Source: Podarcis bocagei (lineage: Eukaryota). From it: DNA of 64,000 nucleotides. The notes beneath the pieces were generated by a model, which saw only the letters and a list, made by a program, of their open reading frames with translations, was not told the DNA's origin and did no database searches. Position 1 is the stretch's first letter. Every line of letters begins with the position of its first letter. Positions 24,378-37,629 of this stretch are shown here, in pieces. The stretch lies in NCBI GenBank assembly GCA_964188305.1, contig OZ076886.1. One strand, 5' to 3'. The position numbers and the translations under genes are program-made.

Positions 24378-26528
24378 GTACAGTGCCAAGGGAGTGGAAC
24401 AGAAAGCTGACCTCTCAAATTTTGGTCTCTTGCTACTTGAAAGTGTCTTCTCTTCCAGAATAGATTAAATTCTATGTCGAGTTCTCATTTTAAAGGTGCT
24501 AGATTCTGCCGCTTTGTATTGTGATACAGTTTCATTTTATTATGACTTATTCTCTATTCGGGGCAGAAGGATTAATTATTTGGGAAATGAGCTTTTCCTT
24601 TGACCCTTCGCCCAGGGGTGGCTTACCTTTTCCAGCTCAAGGGCCACGTCAAGGGTTTGCTACAGCTTTGAGGATTGCATAGATCATGTGCCCTTGGACA
24701 CACACACTTGCAAAATCCACCCAGGTGAAGGAGGGGGATGAGCAGCATACATATGCACACCCCTAGTAGAGAGGATGCGCACACACACAAATGAAATAAT
24801 TGCTCTGGAATGATTTTTACAAGCACCAAAATGAATTTAAATGAATTAATACAGCAGTAATGATCATTACTTTGTCTCCCCTCACAAACACCTTTAACAT
24901 TAATTGAAGCTAACTGAAATACTGGGCTGGAATGATTTTCACAGGTACCAAGAATGAATTCCAATTAATACTGAGTAATAGCTATTGCTATAGTATAGTA
25001 TGTTGTGTACTCCATCCCCTTTTACCTGTAATGGTAACCTTTTATGTAATCTGCAATAAGCCTCTTAAGAATTGTATTCCACATTTTATATTAAAGTACT
25101 CTCTTGGAAGAAGGCTAGAATTGACCCAAGAAACATTTAGAATTCGACAATAGATGCTGTGCGTAAGGCAGGATTGCTACATGTCCAGGGAGGGGACTGT
25201 TAATTTGTGTGTACTGATTTATTTAAGTTCCACACAAACTAAAAATTGTCCACTGGGGAGAAAAAAAAACTTCACAGTAAGAGCTCCTTGTAGGGGTGAG
25301 GAAGCTTATACAAATGTTATGATTGGCCCTAAATTACTGCCTTTTGTTGTATTCTTGCCACACTGCTATAATAATTGCTGTTACCCAAATTACTTTTTAA
25401 AAGACCCAATGAATTAATGTGAATTAAGATAGCTGGTCAACAGAGCTGGGATTGTTCAAAGAGTTTTGAACCAAGCAGTAGTTGAAACAATTGTTCTACC
25501 ACAAAGCATATTGCATAGAAGAAGGTGTGATGTTTCTTGCAGCCATCAGTAATAAAATGCATTGTATTGAGGGATAGGATTTGGCTTGAGAACTGTGCCC
25601 TTAAATACTTTAAGCTTTAATAATGTTCTGCCTTGATTTTACAGGTTATTGAAAATTTAGGTTTGTGGTGCTCAAATCCTATTATGCTAATAATGCAGTC
25701 TAAGCTTGATAATACTCCTTTATCAGTGTTAATATGATTAATCTCCACCAATCACCTTTATGCAAGCAGCCAGCAATGATTAATCATTCTTGAGCAATAA
25801 AGCCCCCCCCCCCCGAAATCTTTTGTTGATTAATCATCTTTGGTAAAGTTCCCCGAAGAGTGGCATCAAATGCCTCTGTCTTCTCCCCCTTTCCTTTATT
25901 TGTGTTTGGATATGAGCATCCCGTAACTGGAGAATCAGCATTTACTTATCCATCAGGAGTACTTGTAAGTGTGCTTAAATTTTTAATAGGCAGTACTAAT
26001 TGAAATATTCCCAATAAAGTCCCTTTTGTAAGGGAGATCAAAGCAAAATGTTTCATTGTGGCCCCAAGCTAATGAATTCTAGCCCAGCACTTGCGTTAAA
26101 GTGGATTGTAGTGCACAGATAAGCGATGGATGTACTTTTCCCTCCCTGCCCTTCCTTACTTAAATTTTAATCCACCTGTGGAGGAGAAATTAATTAAAAC
26201 AAGGGTTTTATACCCAGGCGAACAGGGACTATTACGAATTATTGACATGAAATGTAAATTATTGCAACCTTTTTAAGATTAGGTGAGTTAGATTCTAAGT
26301 AATAGGCAGGTTTGTAGATCACTAATTCCTAGCTGGCTGTACAGACCAGATTATTCTGAAATCAGCAGGGTCTCTCATCTCTCAGACCTGTCAGGTGAAC
26401 ATTGATTTAAAATTGTGAATGCTTTCTTTTCCGTCTGCACTGATGAGGCCTAACAGTTAAATGTAAATTGCAAGTTGTTCAACTGTGTGAAAACCAGAGC
26501 TAGCATGTGTGCCCCTATGTGCCTTTGT

Positions 26529-26622
26529 CTGTGCATCAGGCTACAATAGTAAGATCTACGTAACTGTTGTGCTTCCTGTGCATCAGGCTACAATAGTAAG
26601 ATCTACGTAACTGTTGTGCTTC
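26529..26622. repeat. Perfect 47-bp tandem duplication
   Basis: ctgtgcatcaggctacaatagtaagatctacgtaactgttgtgcttc x2. Confidence 0.97.
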
Positions 26623-27561
26623 AAAACTGAAATATTCATCGGTGGCTAGCAATTGATAATCATACCAAAGGCTCATTCACTTTAAAAGCCAAACATCTAT
26701 TTCCTCGTGATCTTTACATCTTGAAGCTTCACTCACAAGTTTATTACAGTAAAATGTGTATTTTTAAAATAGGTAAAGACAGGCAGACTGCTGTTAAAAG
26801 AACTAAATGTCTTGCAGCTCTCTATGCACGTGCTGTACAAAGATTTGAGAGCATGTGTGAGCTTTGAATGCATATTTATCAAAGCTCCCATAGAGCGCTA
26901 AATAAATACTACACAATGCTGTTAACAAGCACAACAGAGGTGAGATAAACACCCTGAGGCAACTGAATTTGAAAGCCCATTATTTTATTGGTATCCCACT
27001 TAGCTGTACCGGTTTAATAACTGTATACAGCAAGTAATGTATATGTAATCAGATGAGTTTGAACAAATTGCTGTTTTTATGACTTCTTACGACTGTGAGA
27101 CCAGCCTTGTTCACAGTGATTGATTCAAAACATCAATGAGTTAATGTTTGCAGCTTTGCTTAAGGCTCCCAATTTTGAGCTACTGGCAATTTAGATACTG
27201 AACTTCTGCTATGCTTCAGGTGTCTCTTATGCCTGCCACATTCTTATGTGTTGAAAGTGGATCCTGCAGATTTGCCTGTTAGGAAATCTATGTCCCACTC
27301 ATGTGGACTCCACAGGTGGCACATAACCAGCCATACTTTAGCACTGGTGTGGCTGTTTCATTCTTATGTGCCCCCCCCCCTTTGCTATCCTGTTAAAATT
27401 GTTGGAATATTCATGAGGGGGAGTAATGTCCAGATGGAGATCCTACCTGCAGATGTTAATCTGGATGGACATACATCGGCTCTCATTTGTTTCACTTCAT
27501 GGAATGTGGCATTTGCTCTGTGCTTTTCATAAAGACTCTTACCTTTCTTTTCCCTCCCCAG

Positions 27562-27857
27562 GTACAACTGCAAGTGGGAATGGAGAGTTTGGCGACTGGA
27601 GTGCCTTCAACCAAACCTCTCCAAGCCCTGCTGCTTCAGCTGGAGAGCTCTTTGGTGGCTCTGCTCAGCCAGCTGTTGAGCTCTTTGGTGGCTCTACTCA
27701 GCAGAGCCTTGGCCAGCCTCCAGCTGCTTCAAATCCTTCTGACCTCTTTGATTTGATGGGTACCTCCCAAGCCACTATGACCTCTTCCCAAAGCATGAAT
27801 TTATCTATGATGGGTTCCAGCACTGTCAGCATCAATCTGCCTATGTCAAGGTCACAG
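27562..27857 (+). CDS. CLINT1: CLINT1 exon: GTTASGNGEFGDWSAFNQ...DLFDLMG...LPMSRSQ
   Basis: Polypyrimidine tract then cag| ... cag|gtatgg; 296 bp, phase 1 to 0; FGDW gamma-ear motif and DLFDLM. Confidence 0.96.
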
Positions 27858-28229
27858 GTATGGTGCTGTTCTGCAGTCCCTTGACTACTGTTTACTCAAC
27901 GGATAGTTTTGACACACACTTAACTTAAAGCATCTTTTCTGTAGCTCTGAAAGTGTTTTCTTGTCTTTTTGCTTCACTGGCCCCTCTTTTCTTCAAGATT
28001 CAAGTAAATTGAGAGAGGAAACGTCTAAAGCAATCTAAGAGTTGTAGAACATAAGGAAGACTTCAAACTTGTGACACTTTGATTGTACCAAGGGGGGTGA
28101 GGGTGGGCAGTGCCACCTGTTTCTGACAAACTGGCTCACGTATAGTTTTACCCAGTTTAAGTGTAGTTGACTATTTAAAACAAGTCTTTGGACTTGGAAA
28201 ACTTAGCAACTAGTTGATCAGGTATGGTC

Positions 28230-28360
28230 TGAAGTCGCATGAGGCCACTAACCCACTGAAATAAAGCAAGTAAGGGTCTGGTCAGTGCAAGACCTCATGG
28301 AAATTACTTGTGTGGGTTCCATGATGGAAGAAAGGAGGAATATATTGTAAATGTAAGAAG
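28230..28360 (+). mobile_element. Degenerate 5S-rRNA-derived SINE-like fragment
   Basis: aagcaagtaagggtctggtcagtg resembles the 5S internal control region; L2-like tail gggttccatgatggaagaaagg. Confidence 0.35.
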
Positions 28361-28700
28361 AAAACTAATTTTCCAAAGCATCTAAAATAGAAGGATGGTT
28401 CAGAGAAAGTATTTTAGGTAAGGGGGGGGAGCAAGGCACTTCTGAATTACCACTCTTGGCACAGTTCCAGAAGACTACCAGATGATAGGTAAAGTACTTA
28501 AAGAGATGCTCTTGAGAATTTTATGAGCATGAACTTCAACTTTCTTCAGTTCTCTTAGGAGAACATAAATGTCCATCTGTTTCTCTTTATGAAGACTGGA
28601 TGAACTCCTCTCTCTGATAAATTATAGCTGTAAAATACTGTGTTGGCAATTCGTAGCATAACTCTAAAGATCTCTTTTTTTCTTTCTTTAATGCTTCTAG

Positions 28701-28905
28701 CCTTTGCACGGTGTTAACCCAATGATACAGAAGCCTAATCCGCTTTATAATATGGGCACAGAGATGGTCCCCAAAAATGTAGGCAAAACCCTGCCATCCA
28801 CTTGGTCAGACCCTAGTGTAAATATCAGTTTGGACAATTTAGTTCCTGGTATGCAGCCTTCCAAGCCCCAGCAACCATCACTCAACACAATGATTCAGCA
28901 ACAAA
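28701..28905 (+). CDS. CLINT1: CLINT1 penultimate exon: PLHGVNPMIQKPNPLYNMGTEMVPK...TLPSTWSDPSVNISLDNL...IQQQ
   Basis: ttctag| ... a|gtaagt; 205 bp, phase 0 to 1. Confidence 0.95.
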
Positions 28906-29733
28906 GTAAGTAATACAATTCTTGCTGTGCATGTATTTCAATGAGGTCACTCTTCACAACATATTCTTGATCAAAGTGTGGGTGGGTGGGTCTTAAAAAA
29001 ACCCAGAACGCTAGACTTCCTCAGCACCTATAAATTCTCTCTTTTTTGTGACCAGAGTATATTATCTGCAACTTCGTAGCCTTCTACTATTTAAAAACTC
29101 TCTTGATTGAGTATGCACAACTTTTGATTCATTGGGTTCTGCCTTTTGTTTTTGCGATCCCAGAGAGCATGTGGCTGGTGAGCCCAACCATTTTCAGCTT
29201 GATGGATCACAAACTATATTGGCCTGCTTGTGCTTTGAATTTTCCTCACCCTGATCTAATGATATAGTGCAGCCTTTAAAAGCTTTTTGTGGTGTCTCCT
29301 CCCAAACTCTTGGAACTGGCAGCCCCCAAGCAGTGAAAGGGGATTCCTGTTCAACAGAATTTTCATTTCCTTCTCCCTTTCCCCCAGTTTCTGAACAAGG
29401 TACTAGCAAAGTTGTGCTTAAAAAGATCTAATGTAGAGGGAATACACTATATTTGTGGGTCCCTGAGCATATCTAGACAAAGCATGGTTTGGCCATGGAG
29501 AAAGAAGAGAATTGGAGGAAGGGGAACTATGACAACTAGGATTTGTGCTGGACTTCAGTTGTCAGGCATATAGAAATATGTTGGATGATGCCTTTAAGGA
29601 TCAGCTTTGTTTTTAATATACAGCCAATACGTTAAATAAGGGTGGGGTGGGAATATACTTGCATTTTCTTTGAATGATAGAAATAACATTAAAAAATCAC
29701 CTTAACATTTAAAACTTCATTTCTGCCCCACAG

Positions 29734-30089
29734 ATATGCAACAACCGATGAATGTGGTGTCTCAGAATTTTGCAACCATGAGCCTCAACTCACCACCCAG
29801 CATGATGCCTGCTCGACCTCCTGCAAACCCATTGATGGGCGGGCCTGTTCCTGTGGGAATGGGAATGCCCGCTGTGATGACTGGCACGATCGGGATGGCT
29901 TCCATGGGAGGCACACCTATGATGAACCAGGGCATGATGGGAATGAATGTGAACATGGCAATGCCAACTTCTGGAATGGGTTTGTCGGGCATGGGCATTA
30001 CTAATATAGCTGTGGCATCCTCCATGACTCCCGGAACTGTGCAACCTAAGCAAGATGCCTTTGCAAATTTTGCAAATTTTAGCAAATAA
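29734..30089 (+). CDS. CLINT1: CLINT1 last coding exon, Met-rich C-terminus ending QPKQDAFANFANFSK*
   Basis: cacag| acceptor; ORF 29736..30089; diagnostic epsinR C-terminus; TAA at 30087-30089. Confidence 0.98.
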
Positions 30090-31510
30090 AGATTGTAAAC
30101 CAATCAGATTGAATGAAGGATTTTAGCTGCACAAATAAAGCTGGGATAAGGGTTGAAAATGCTGATCAAATGCTTTCTCTTTTTCTTTTATTGCTTACTT
30201 TAAAGGAGCCCATCTAAAGAACCCAAAGGTCATTTTGTAAACTCCCAACCTACTTTTGTTCAAGTTTTGGTGAAGAAAACGTCCTCCACCGAGTGATATG
30301 GTTGATATTGCAATCACTAGGCCTTGTTTTTTAACAAGAGAATTAAAAGCCTTTCTTAGATGGCAGAACCAGTTTTAACTTTGAAACTTGTGGAAACTCT
30401 GGAATTTAGGGGCTGGGTATATCTGTGTGAATCTAATTTTATACTTGATTTCTTTTCCCCCCTCCTGGAATCTATTTATCATAATTGGATCCGTTCCTTT
30501 TCCTACCACTGAGTCAAATTTGAAGTCAAAGTATGCTGATCAATTTTTTATAAGAATATATATATATTTTTGTCCAAAAAAAAAATGACTTACATATGTG
30601 ATTATGGCTAATTCAAAGGGACCTGGAATGTATATATACTTTTGCTACTCTTCCAGCAACACTGCTATACTATCCAAATTTTTATTATAGACCTCTTTAA
30701 GCAATTTGCTGATGAATAGGGTGGGACGGGTGGGGTTTTCCTACCTCTTTCTGCTCTAATACGCAATGCAGAACTGGTAGAAACTTCATTCAGACTGCTG
30801 TATGGTTTCCTTTCAGAGAACTCTAGAGAATATATATATATGGTTGGGTTTTGGTTTGGGTGGTTTTTCTGCAGCCATACTCCAGTGAAAAGTGGCAGCC
30901 CCCCTTGGGGTCTCTGGGGTCACTGTTTACATCACTGACAGTCAAAATGCAAGAATTTTTTTTCTTGCAACACAAAAAAAGAGAAACAGCATCTTTAAAT
31001 TAAGAAAGAACACCTCTAAACTTTTTGTTAATCCAACAGCATTGGATTCTAAATTTTATACATTTGGTGACTTCACTTGTTTTATGTAAATATGGCCTTA
31101 GCAATTGCGGAATCCAATAGAATGGGATTAAATAAATATATATAAATGAATAAATAAATATATAGATTATTATTATTATTATTAAAGGAAACCTGTAGCA
31201 GTCAGATTTTATGAATTAATGAAAATAAAGGAAATGAAAGAATAAATTAAAGGCTTTTCCTGCTATGATTCTGCATTTAGGTTCAAACACAGATCATGAT
31301 TTTTAGTCTGGGATGCAGAGGTTCAGTTTATATTCACAGAGCCAGGGCTGCTACTGAGAATGAGTACTATATTCTAGGTATGAAACTTTATTGGCTCCCC
31401 TTTCTTATGTTGGAATTTTTTTATTATTATTAAATTGATAAAACTTTATTTCCATTGTATTCATAATGTTCTGTTATACATAACATTAAAGTGTTCATTA
31501 AAAACAATGT
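30090..31510 (+). other. CLINT1: CLINT1 3'UTR (end approximate), with Pumilio elements TGTATATA (30629) and TGTAAATA (31085)
   Basis: AU-rich, repeat-poor sequence after the stop; AATAAA at 31131, 31224 and 31241; tandem ATTAAA at 31485 and 31497. Confidence 0.65.
31485..31502 (+). terminator. Probable distal CLINT1 polyadenylation signals (ATTAAA x2)
   Basis: tgtattcataatgttctgttatacataacATTAAAgtgttcATTAAAaa, with upstream UGUA and U-rich elements. Confidence 0.55.
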
Positions 31511-31707
31511 TGGGGCTGCTTCTCCTTTCATTCCATTTGACATTTCATGAGAGCAGTTGGGGGGGAGAAATAATTATAATTTGGGCAAAGTAATTTTTAT
31601 AAATAATTTAAAATTGTTTAATGACTTTTTATCTCCCGCCTTCCCTATCTGACTCTACTGTTAGGAATTAAAAATGAAGCAGCGCAGATATCTTGACCCA
31701 CTCCAGC

Positions 31708-31879
31708 NNNNNNNNNNNNNNNNNNNNNNNNNNNNNNNNNNNNNNNNNNNNNNNNNNNNNNNNNNNNNNNNNNNNNNNNNNNNNNNNNNNNNNNNNNNNN
31801 NNNNNNNNNNNNNNNNNNNNNNNNNNNNNNNNNNNNNNNNNNNNNNNNNNNNNNNNNNNNNNNNNNNNNNNNNNNNNNN
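31708..31879. other. Assembly gap (N run)
   Basis: 172 N. Confidence 1.
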
Positions 31880-33320
31880 ATAGAGCTTTCAAGTGTTGTT
31901 ACATCAAAGTAATCAAGACAAGCTTTACTGGCTGTGCGGGACAGATCGCCTTCTCTTCAGCTCCAGTTTTGAAACCCTTGAACTTTTTGTGGGAATTGTC
32001 TTCATAAGTTTGTCTTGTGACAGATGTTGAGAAGCAAAAAAAAAAATAAAATAAAATAAAATAAAAATGAACCTACAAAACTGCAGGAGGTGGGAGCAAA
32101 CCGGTTTTCGGGGGGAACGGAGAAGTTGTCAAACCTGTTTTTAAAACCTCGTTCTACTGTTATGATGTCAAGGCACCAAAGTCCAATAATGTATTCTCAA
32201 TACAATACAATGAAAGGCTGGGATGTGCCTCTTCAGGCTTTAATGCTTCAAAAAGCAAGTTGGAACAAAGTAGTGTTGAAACTGGACTAGATTTACTTCT
32301 TTAGGAAATGTTAGGAAACTCTTCAAGTATTTTGGTAGTAGTTCTGCGCTGAGATTGAATCCTATTGCTTTCCAAAGGGGTCCAGGCAGTAACAGTGACA
32401 CATTCAAAGCAGGCATAAAAAACATTGAAAACCTGTGCCTCTTAAACCTGGCCACAAAGTGCTAGGGCATACGGTAACTTGTGTTTGCTTGTGAAAAATG
32501 TATTGTCAAACTTTCAAGGAAAGGGACAGCCATAAAAGTGGATACTCCTGAAGCTTGCTTCTCTACATAATCGTGTTAAATTCAATCAACCACTATGGAT
32601 GGTAGTATCAAGAGTATTCACCTTGGTGTGCAGATCTCACAAATTGCCCCAAAATAAACAATTGCTCAGAGGAAAAAGAAATGGCAGATAGTTGCAAAGC
32701 AACCTGCAGAGGCTTGGCAGTCTTACAGGCTCACATTGGGATGTCATGGGACTTGCAGGTAAAAAATAAGAAAAGATTGTACAAAGAAGGCAACAGGGCC
32801 CACATTCATCAGGTACTTGGTATGTTTCAGATTTAAAGTTTCCACCCAAAATAGATGAGTGTGTTGTATGCAACTTAAGCATTATGCTTGGGTCTTCTTG
32901 TAAGGCTGTCCTTCAGAATGCATTTACCATGCCATCGCAGAACACTAGGACCTAGCAAAGGCATAAACGGCACAGGTGCACGCTTGCTGATAACCTTAGC
33001 ACTCAGTGTGTTCTACAAAACAGAAACTGCATCTGAAACCACTAAACAAGAGTATTTATGGCAGCATCTGTTTCATCTCGATCCATCAGCAAAGAGGAGC
33101 TTGACACTTCTGGTGGAGAGGAGGAGGGCAGGAGGGATTTATCAATGAAGTTTTTGCATAATGTAAGCAGGCATCCTGCACTCAAGGTGATATCAACAAT
33201 AAATGTAACCAGCGCTTAAAACCGTTTGTATTCTCCCAGGTCTCGGGTTTCCAGAGATGTGTATTCCAGGACACTTTATCTTACCTAGGTATTCAGTGCA
33301 GCAACCGTCATCCTATAGTG

Positions 33321-33738
33321 CAGAGGTTTTCAATCTTTTTGAGTCCATCGCTCCTTTGACCAACTACCATCTTTCTGTATCACGCTGAGGGGCTCAGGAG
33401 CCCAGTTGCCTGCGACCACTCACCCTTTTTTGAACACCCTCCCTTGTAGAGTGTTCCCTCAGCCTCTTCTCTCCTTGGGAGTCCTCCAGGTAGCTGCTGC
33501 TGTCCCTGGTTTCTGAGCTGCCCCCACCCCAAAGAGAGGTGCCATCTAGAGGCACCATTTGCCTGCAGAGCTTATAGCCAGGGCTGCAGCTGTGCAAGCC
33601 TTTTGGAGGCAGAGACACAAGAGGGCAGCAGAGGAGGGAAGGAAGGAAAGAGGGACAGAGGCCAGTGTTGCCCACTGCACCCCTGACCATCATTCAAGGC
33701 ATCCCAGGGGGCCACGGCACACTGATTGAAAACTACTG
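33321..33738. mobile_element. hAT (Charlie-like) non-autonomous element
   Basis: TIRs cagaggttttcaatc / gattgaaaactactg; 8-bp TSD ctatagtg (right copy has an extra TA). Confidence 0.8.
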
Positions 33739-34499
33739 CTATATAGTGGACTCACGCTCTGAGTCTAGATCCTTATGTAGCCCAAACAGCACCATCCAAA
33801 CATTAGCAGGCATGGAAGGATCTCAATGTGTGCAGGAGTAGGTTTTTTTGTTTGTTAAACAAAAACTTTAAATGGGTGGTTGGGGAACAAAAAAATCGCT
33901 TAATGAGGATTTAACATGTTCATTTGTCACAAAATGCTTGAATAGGGACCAGAGGGAGGTGCAATGGAATGAAGTATCTTGGAAAATAGTGTTGCTGGGT
34001 GGCTAGAACTGTCAAAAGGTCCTTGCCACAGGTTCACTTGCAAGTCCATACTAGGCTGCTTCTTGGCTATGCTTAATATTATAGCTTATTTCTGGAATTT
34101 ACAAAATATCTGAGGAGGTTTTAAAGAAAGTTTGACTTGCATTTGATCCCCAACAACATTTGGAAAAGCAATAGTCCTTTCAGCTTTCTGCAACATTCCA
34201 ATAGAAGCCACCTGGTTGTGTCACGCTTCCCTGAAATAGCTTGTGTACTAGGCTCTTGGCTTCTCACTCCAAAGCTGCATCTTACTTTCCCAAAAGTGAA
34301 ACCCACTTTCTATCCACAGTAGCAAGTTGAAATTCTGCACGCAGTGGAACACAGATTGAGGTGTGTGTGTGTGTAGGTAGAATATGAAATGTAATAAAAG
34401 TTTTGATTTAGAATGTTCTCAAATTGCTGTTTTTTAGTTACAAATTACTTTGGAAGGCGATTTTTCTTCTCTCGTTTTAATTTGTATTCCAATAGTTAT

Positions 34500-35255
34500 T
34501 GTCAGGGGTTCAGGAGCAGAGGCAAGGGCAAGGGAGGAAACAGAGAGCGAGGGGGAGGAGGCAGAAGAAAAGATGAGTGATGACGACGACCCGAGATCTC
34601 CGAGTCTTTCCAGTGAATCAGAAGATTCACAGAAAGGAGCACCAGTGGTCAGGGCAAGGGGGGAGCCTAGGGGGACACCCCAGGAAGATAGAGCCAGAGG
34701 GGACTCAGAGGAGAGCAGTTGGAAATCGGGACCAGCGTCACAGCCAGAGAGCAGGGAAGAGGAAGAGCGCCAGAGATCAAGCGCTGGCAGCTCGCAACAG
34801 GGGGGAGGGCACGAGTCAGGAGTGGCCACACCTCCATCGGGGAGCGAAGAAACGGTCAGACGGAAAGTGGAAGGTTGGGCGCGCGCGCCAAGTTCAAATG
34901 CACAGGAAAGTGACGCAGTAGGCAGCCAGGAAAGGGAGCCAGGTCCTAAAGCCCGGCGCAAGGAGACAGGGAGTTCCGGGGGGTCGGCGTCAGAAGAATC
35001 CCGGAAGGAAGAGACCCCGGGGGGCAGAGGGACCCAGAGGAGAGCAGTCAGGCGGAAAAGGTGGAGCAGGGCTAGGATATTAAGTTGGTGCACAAGGGGC
35101 GGAGACTCAGACGGAGCTTCGCCGATCTAGCCATTAGACGTAGAGTTGCACGCAGCAGCTTGGGAATGGAAACCGTAACTCAATAAAGACTTTTACTTAA
35201 TGACCGCTGGCTAGCGTGATCCTCTGTGAGCTAGGATCTTGAAGCAGCTCTGACA
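34500..35255 (+). mobile_element. Solo LTR (probably Ty3/gypsy-type), 756 bp
   Basis: TGTCAG...CTGACA termini; perfect 5-bp TSD GTTAT (34495-34499 and 35256-35260); AATAAA at 35182; CpG-retaining, purine-rich interior. Confidence 0.9.
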
Positions 35256-37629
35256 GTTATTATGGTTGCAATCTTGTGCCTGTTTGCCTGGGAATAAGTT
35301 CCACCAAACCCACTTAGACGACTGACTTAGGGCTCAATTGGCATTCAACTGGGCTATGAATTTTCAGCTGTCAAATTGGTAAGACTATGATACTCTTGAC
35401 ACTTATGAAAGGAAGGGGGAATGCAAAAGCGTTCAAATGTGTTTCCTTTACTTTTTCACTAACTAGACTCTGATGAGCATCAGGAATATTCTTTTCTTCT
35501 CAAGTGGGTGGGAGGGACCTTCCAAGGAAGAGGAGGGCAGCTGCCAGGAAGAAACTCCTCCCTCATTCCCATTCCCACAATTTTGTAATCCTTTTGACAC
35601 CACCCATTGGCCAAAGGAACAAGAGCCATGAACTGCTATTCCACAAGAAAACCAACAAGTGAAGATCAGCCTGACCTGTACTGGGCAAACACTGGTGTCT
35701 GTATCAAACATGGCCATTTTATGTGTCACTTTATGACGAGTTCTGACAAGGCTTTATATGATGATAATGCATGGAATGGAGTCCTATGTCTTGAAACACC
35801 AATGCAGAAAAATGGCTCTGGAAAATGAAAATTCCCAGTTAAAGCTGCCCTTAGCCAGTGCTTGTGTAAAGCTGGAGCAAAACAACCACGTAAGGTAAGA
35901 AATTGTGATTACAAGTAATTCTTAAAAAGAGAATCTCATGATTGGTTGTATATCTGTGTGATAAGGTTTTACTTATGCAAGAGAATCCAGCTACGTAACC
36001 ATGTTCATGCATTTCAGTCCCATGATTTTCTGGTCACTAGGTATTGGGGCCCGTCTATCCTTTAGAGCTTTTACATCCCCACTTCAACTGAGCCATCTTG
36101 GCTCCAAACCAGTGATTTGTTGCCTGCTTGGGTGGGGGAAATAAAAACCATGAATGGGGAAGGGCAAAGCTGTAGCTGCAGGAAGCAATTCCTCTGATGG
36201 CAGCTGTTATATCGGCAAAGTTCTTGGATTTCTACTTCCCCATTCAAGTTGAAGGTTTGGTTGTTGTTGAAAAGGGACTTAGCACTGCTCAAATGTGTGG
36301 GAAATTCACTGTATGAAACAAATAATTACAAAGGAGCCATGAATACCTCTCACCCAGTTACAGCACAGACCTGTACCGTGTATATTGCTCCTGCATGTAC
36401 CATAACCTCCCATAGGCATGCTAGAATTTCTCTTTGCATTTCCCCCCAAACTTCAAGTCCAATATTCAATGGCAACAGCAGAGATTGAATGCAAATTGCC
36501 TACTTTTGTTTCTCTAGGCTATTGCGGGTAAGGCTTCCACCCCATAGTTTTGAGAATCTGTGCTATCTCTGACCTCGGCCCATAATGTACAACTCAGCTG
36601 CCAATTTAGGTGAGTTCTTCTAGTAGATACAATTACACAAAGGAGTCTAAAATTCTGTAGTGTTTCATTTTAAAGTATTGGATGGCTTTCTTAAATAAGT
36701 CCCCAGGGTTTTTATGACTCAAATCATAAAAAGGGGCAAAAGAATGACTGGGTGCCATAAGGTACCAGTTTAGTAATTAACTAGCTCTTTTAATAGGCCT
36801 GAATTACTTTGTTTCATGATAAGGGGCTTTTTTAAAAAAGAAAGAAAAGCACACACACATTCTAAGACAAAGCTACATTCGACATCTGGGAACCTCTGAA
36901 CAGCTGGCTACCTAATGAATATGCATCTGTTTAAGAGGCTGTGGTCCATTAATAAACCAATAGATATAAAACAGAAACAATCTTCGTCAGCTTCAAAAGA
37001 GATTGGATGCAATGTGCTGTGAAGTGTCACTGTCACATTGAATTGGGCTGGTGAGGTTAACAGTCAACTGTTTGGTACCCGTGCCTTTGTCTCTGCAAAC
37101 AGAACTCCCATTTTCCTTCCATCGGGAAGCATAGGCAGCGCTGGCAAGAGTATTTGTTTCGTTTTGTTCCCTTTTCGTTTTCTGGTGCCCAGCTGCATGC
37201 TGGGCGCCAGTATCCTTTCAAGTTGGCATCTCCCCGTTCCTTTGCGCCACTAAAAGAGTGCTCTCTACATTCTACAAAACCAGCTTATTTTAACAATGCA
37301 AATTAGCAAAAAAAAGAGCCTAGTATTCCACCACACAAATAAATAAACTGGTAGACAGGTAGTGGTTGCAATAAAACATGCTGATGTGAAAGAGAACAGA
37401 TTTCACATTTAAAGCCCTTCCTGGAAATGTTCACAGGGGCAAAGAAATGCATTTAATTCCTATTGTGGTATAAAACAATTCGATTCAACAGCTACACAGC
37501 AAAGTCTGATTGCTGAAGCCAGCATAATGCATATTAATCTACCATGAGAAGAGTGTGCTGGATGCAATACATATATTTCTGCTTTCTTTCCAGATTCCAA
37601 GCCAGTAAGATTTCAGATGAAACCTGTTA

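Noticed and set aside
29762-30103. Antisense ORFs over the CLINT1 last exon (also 13534..13857)
   Set aside because: Shadows of the real coding strand, with no independent evidence
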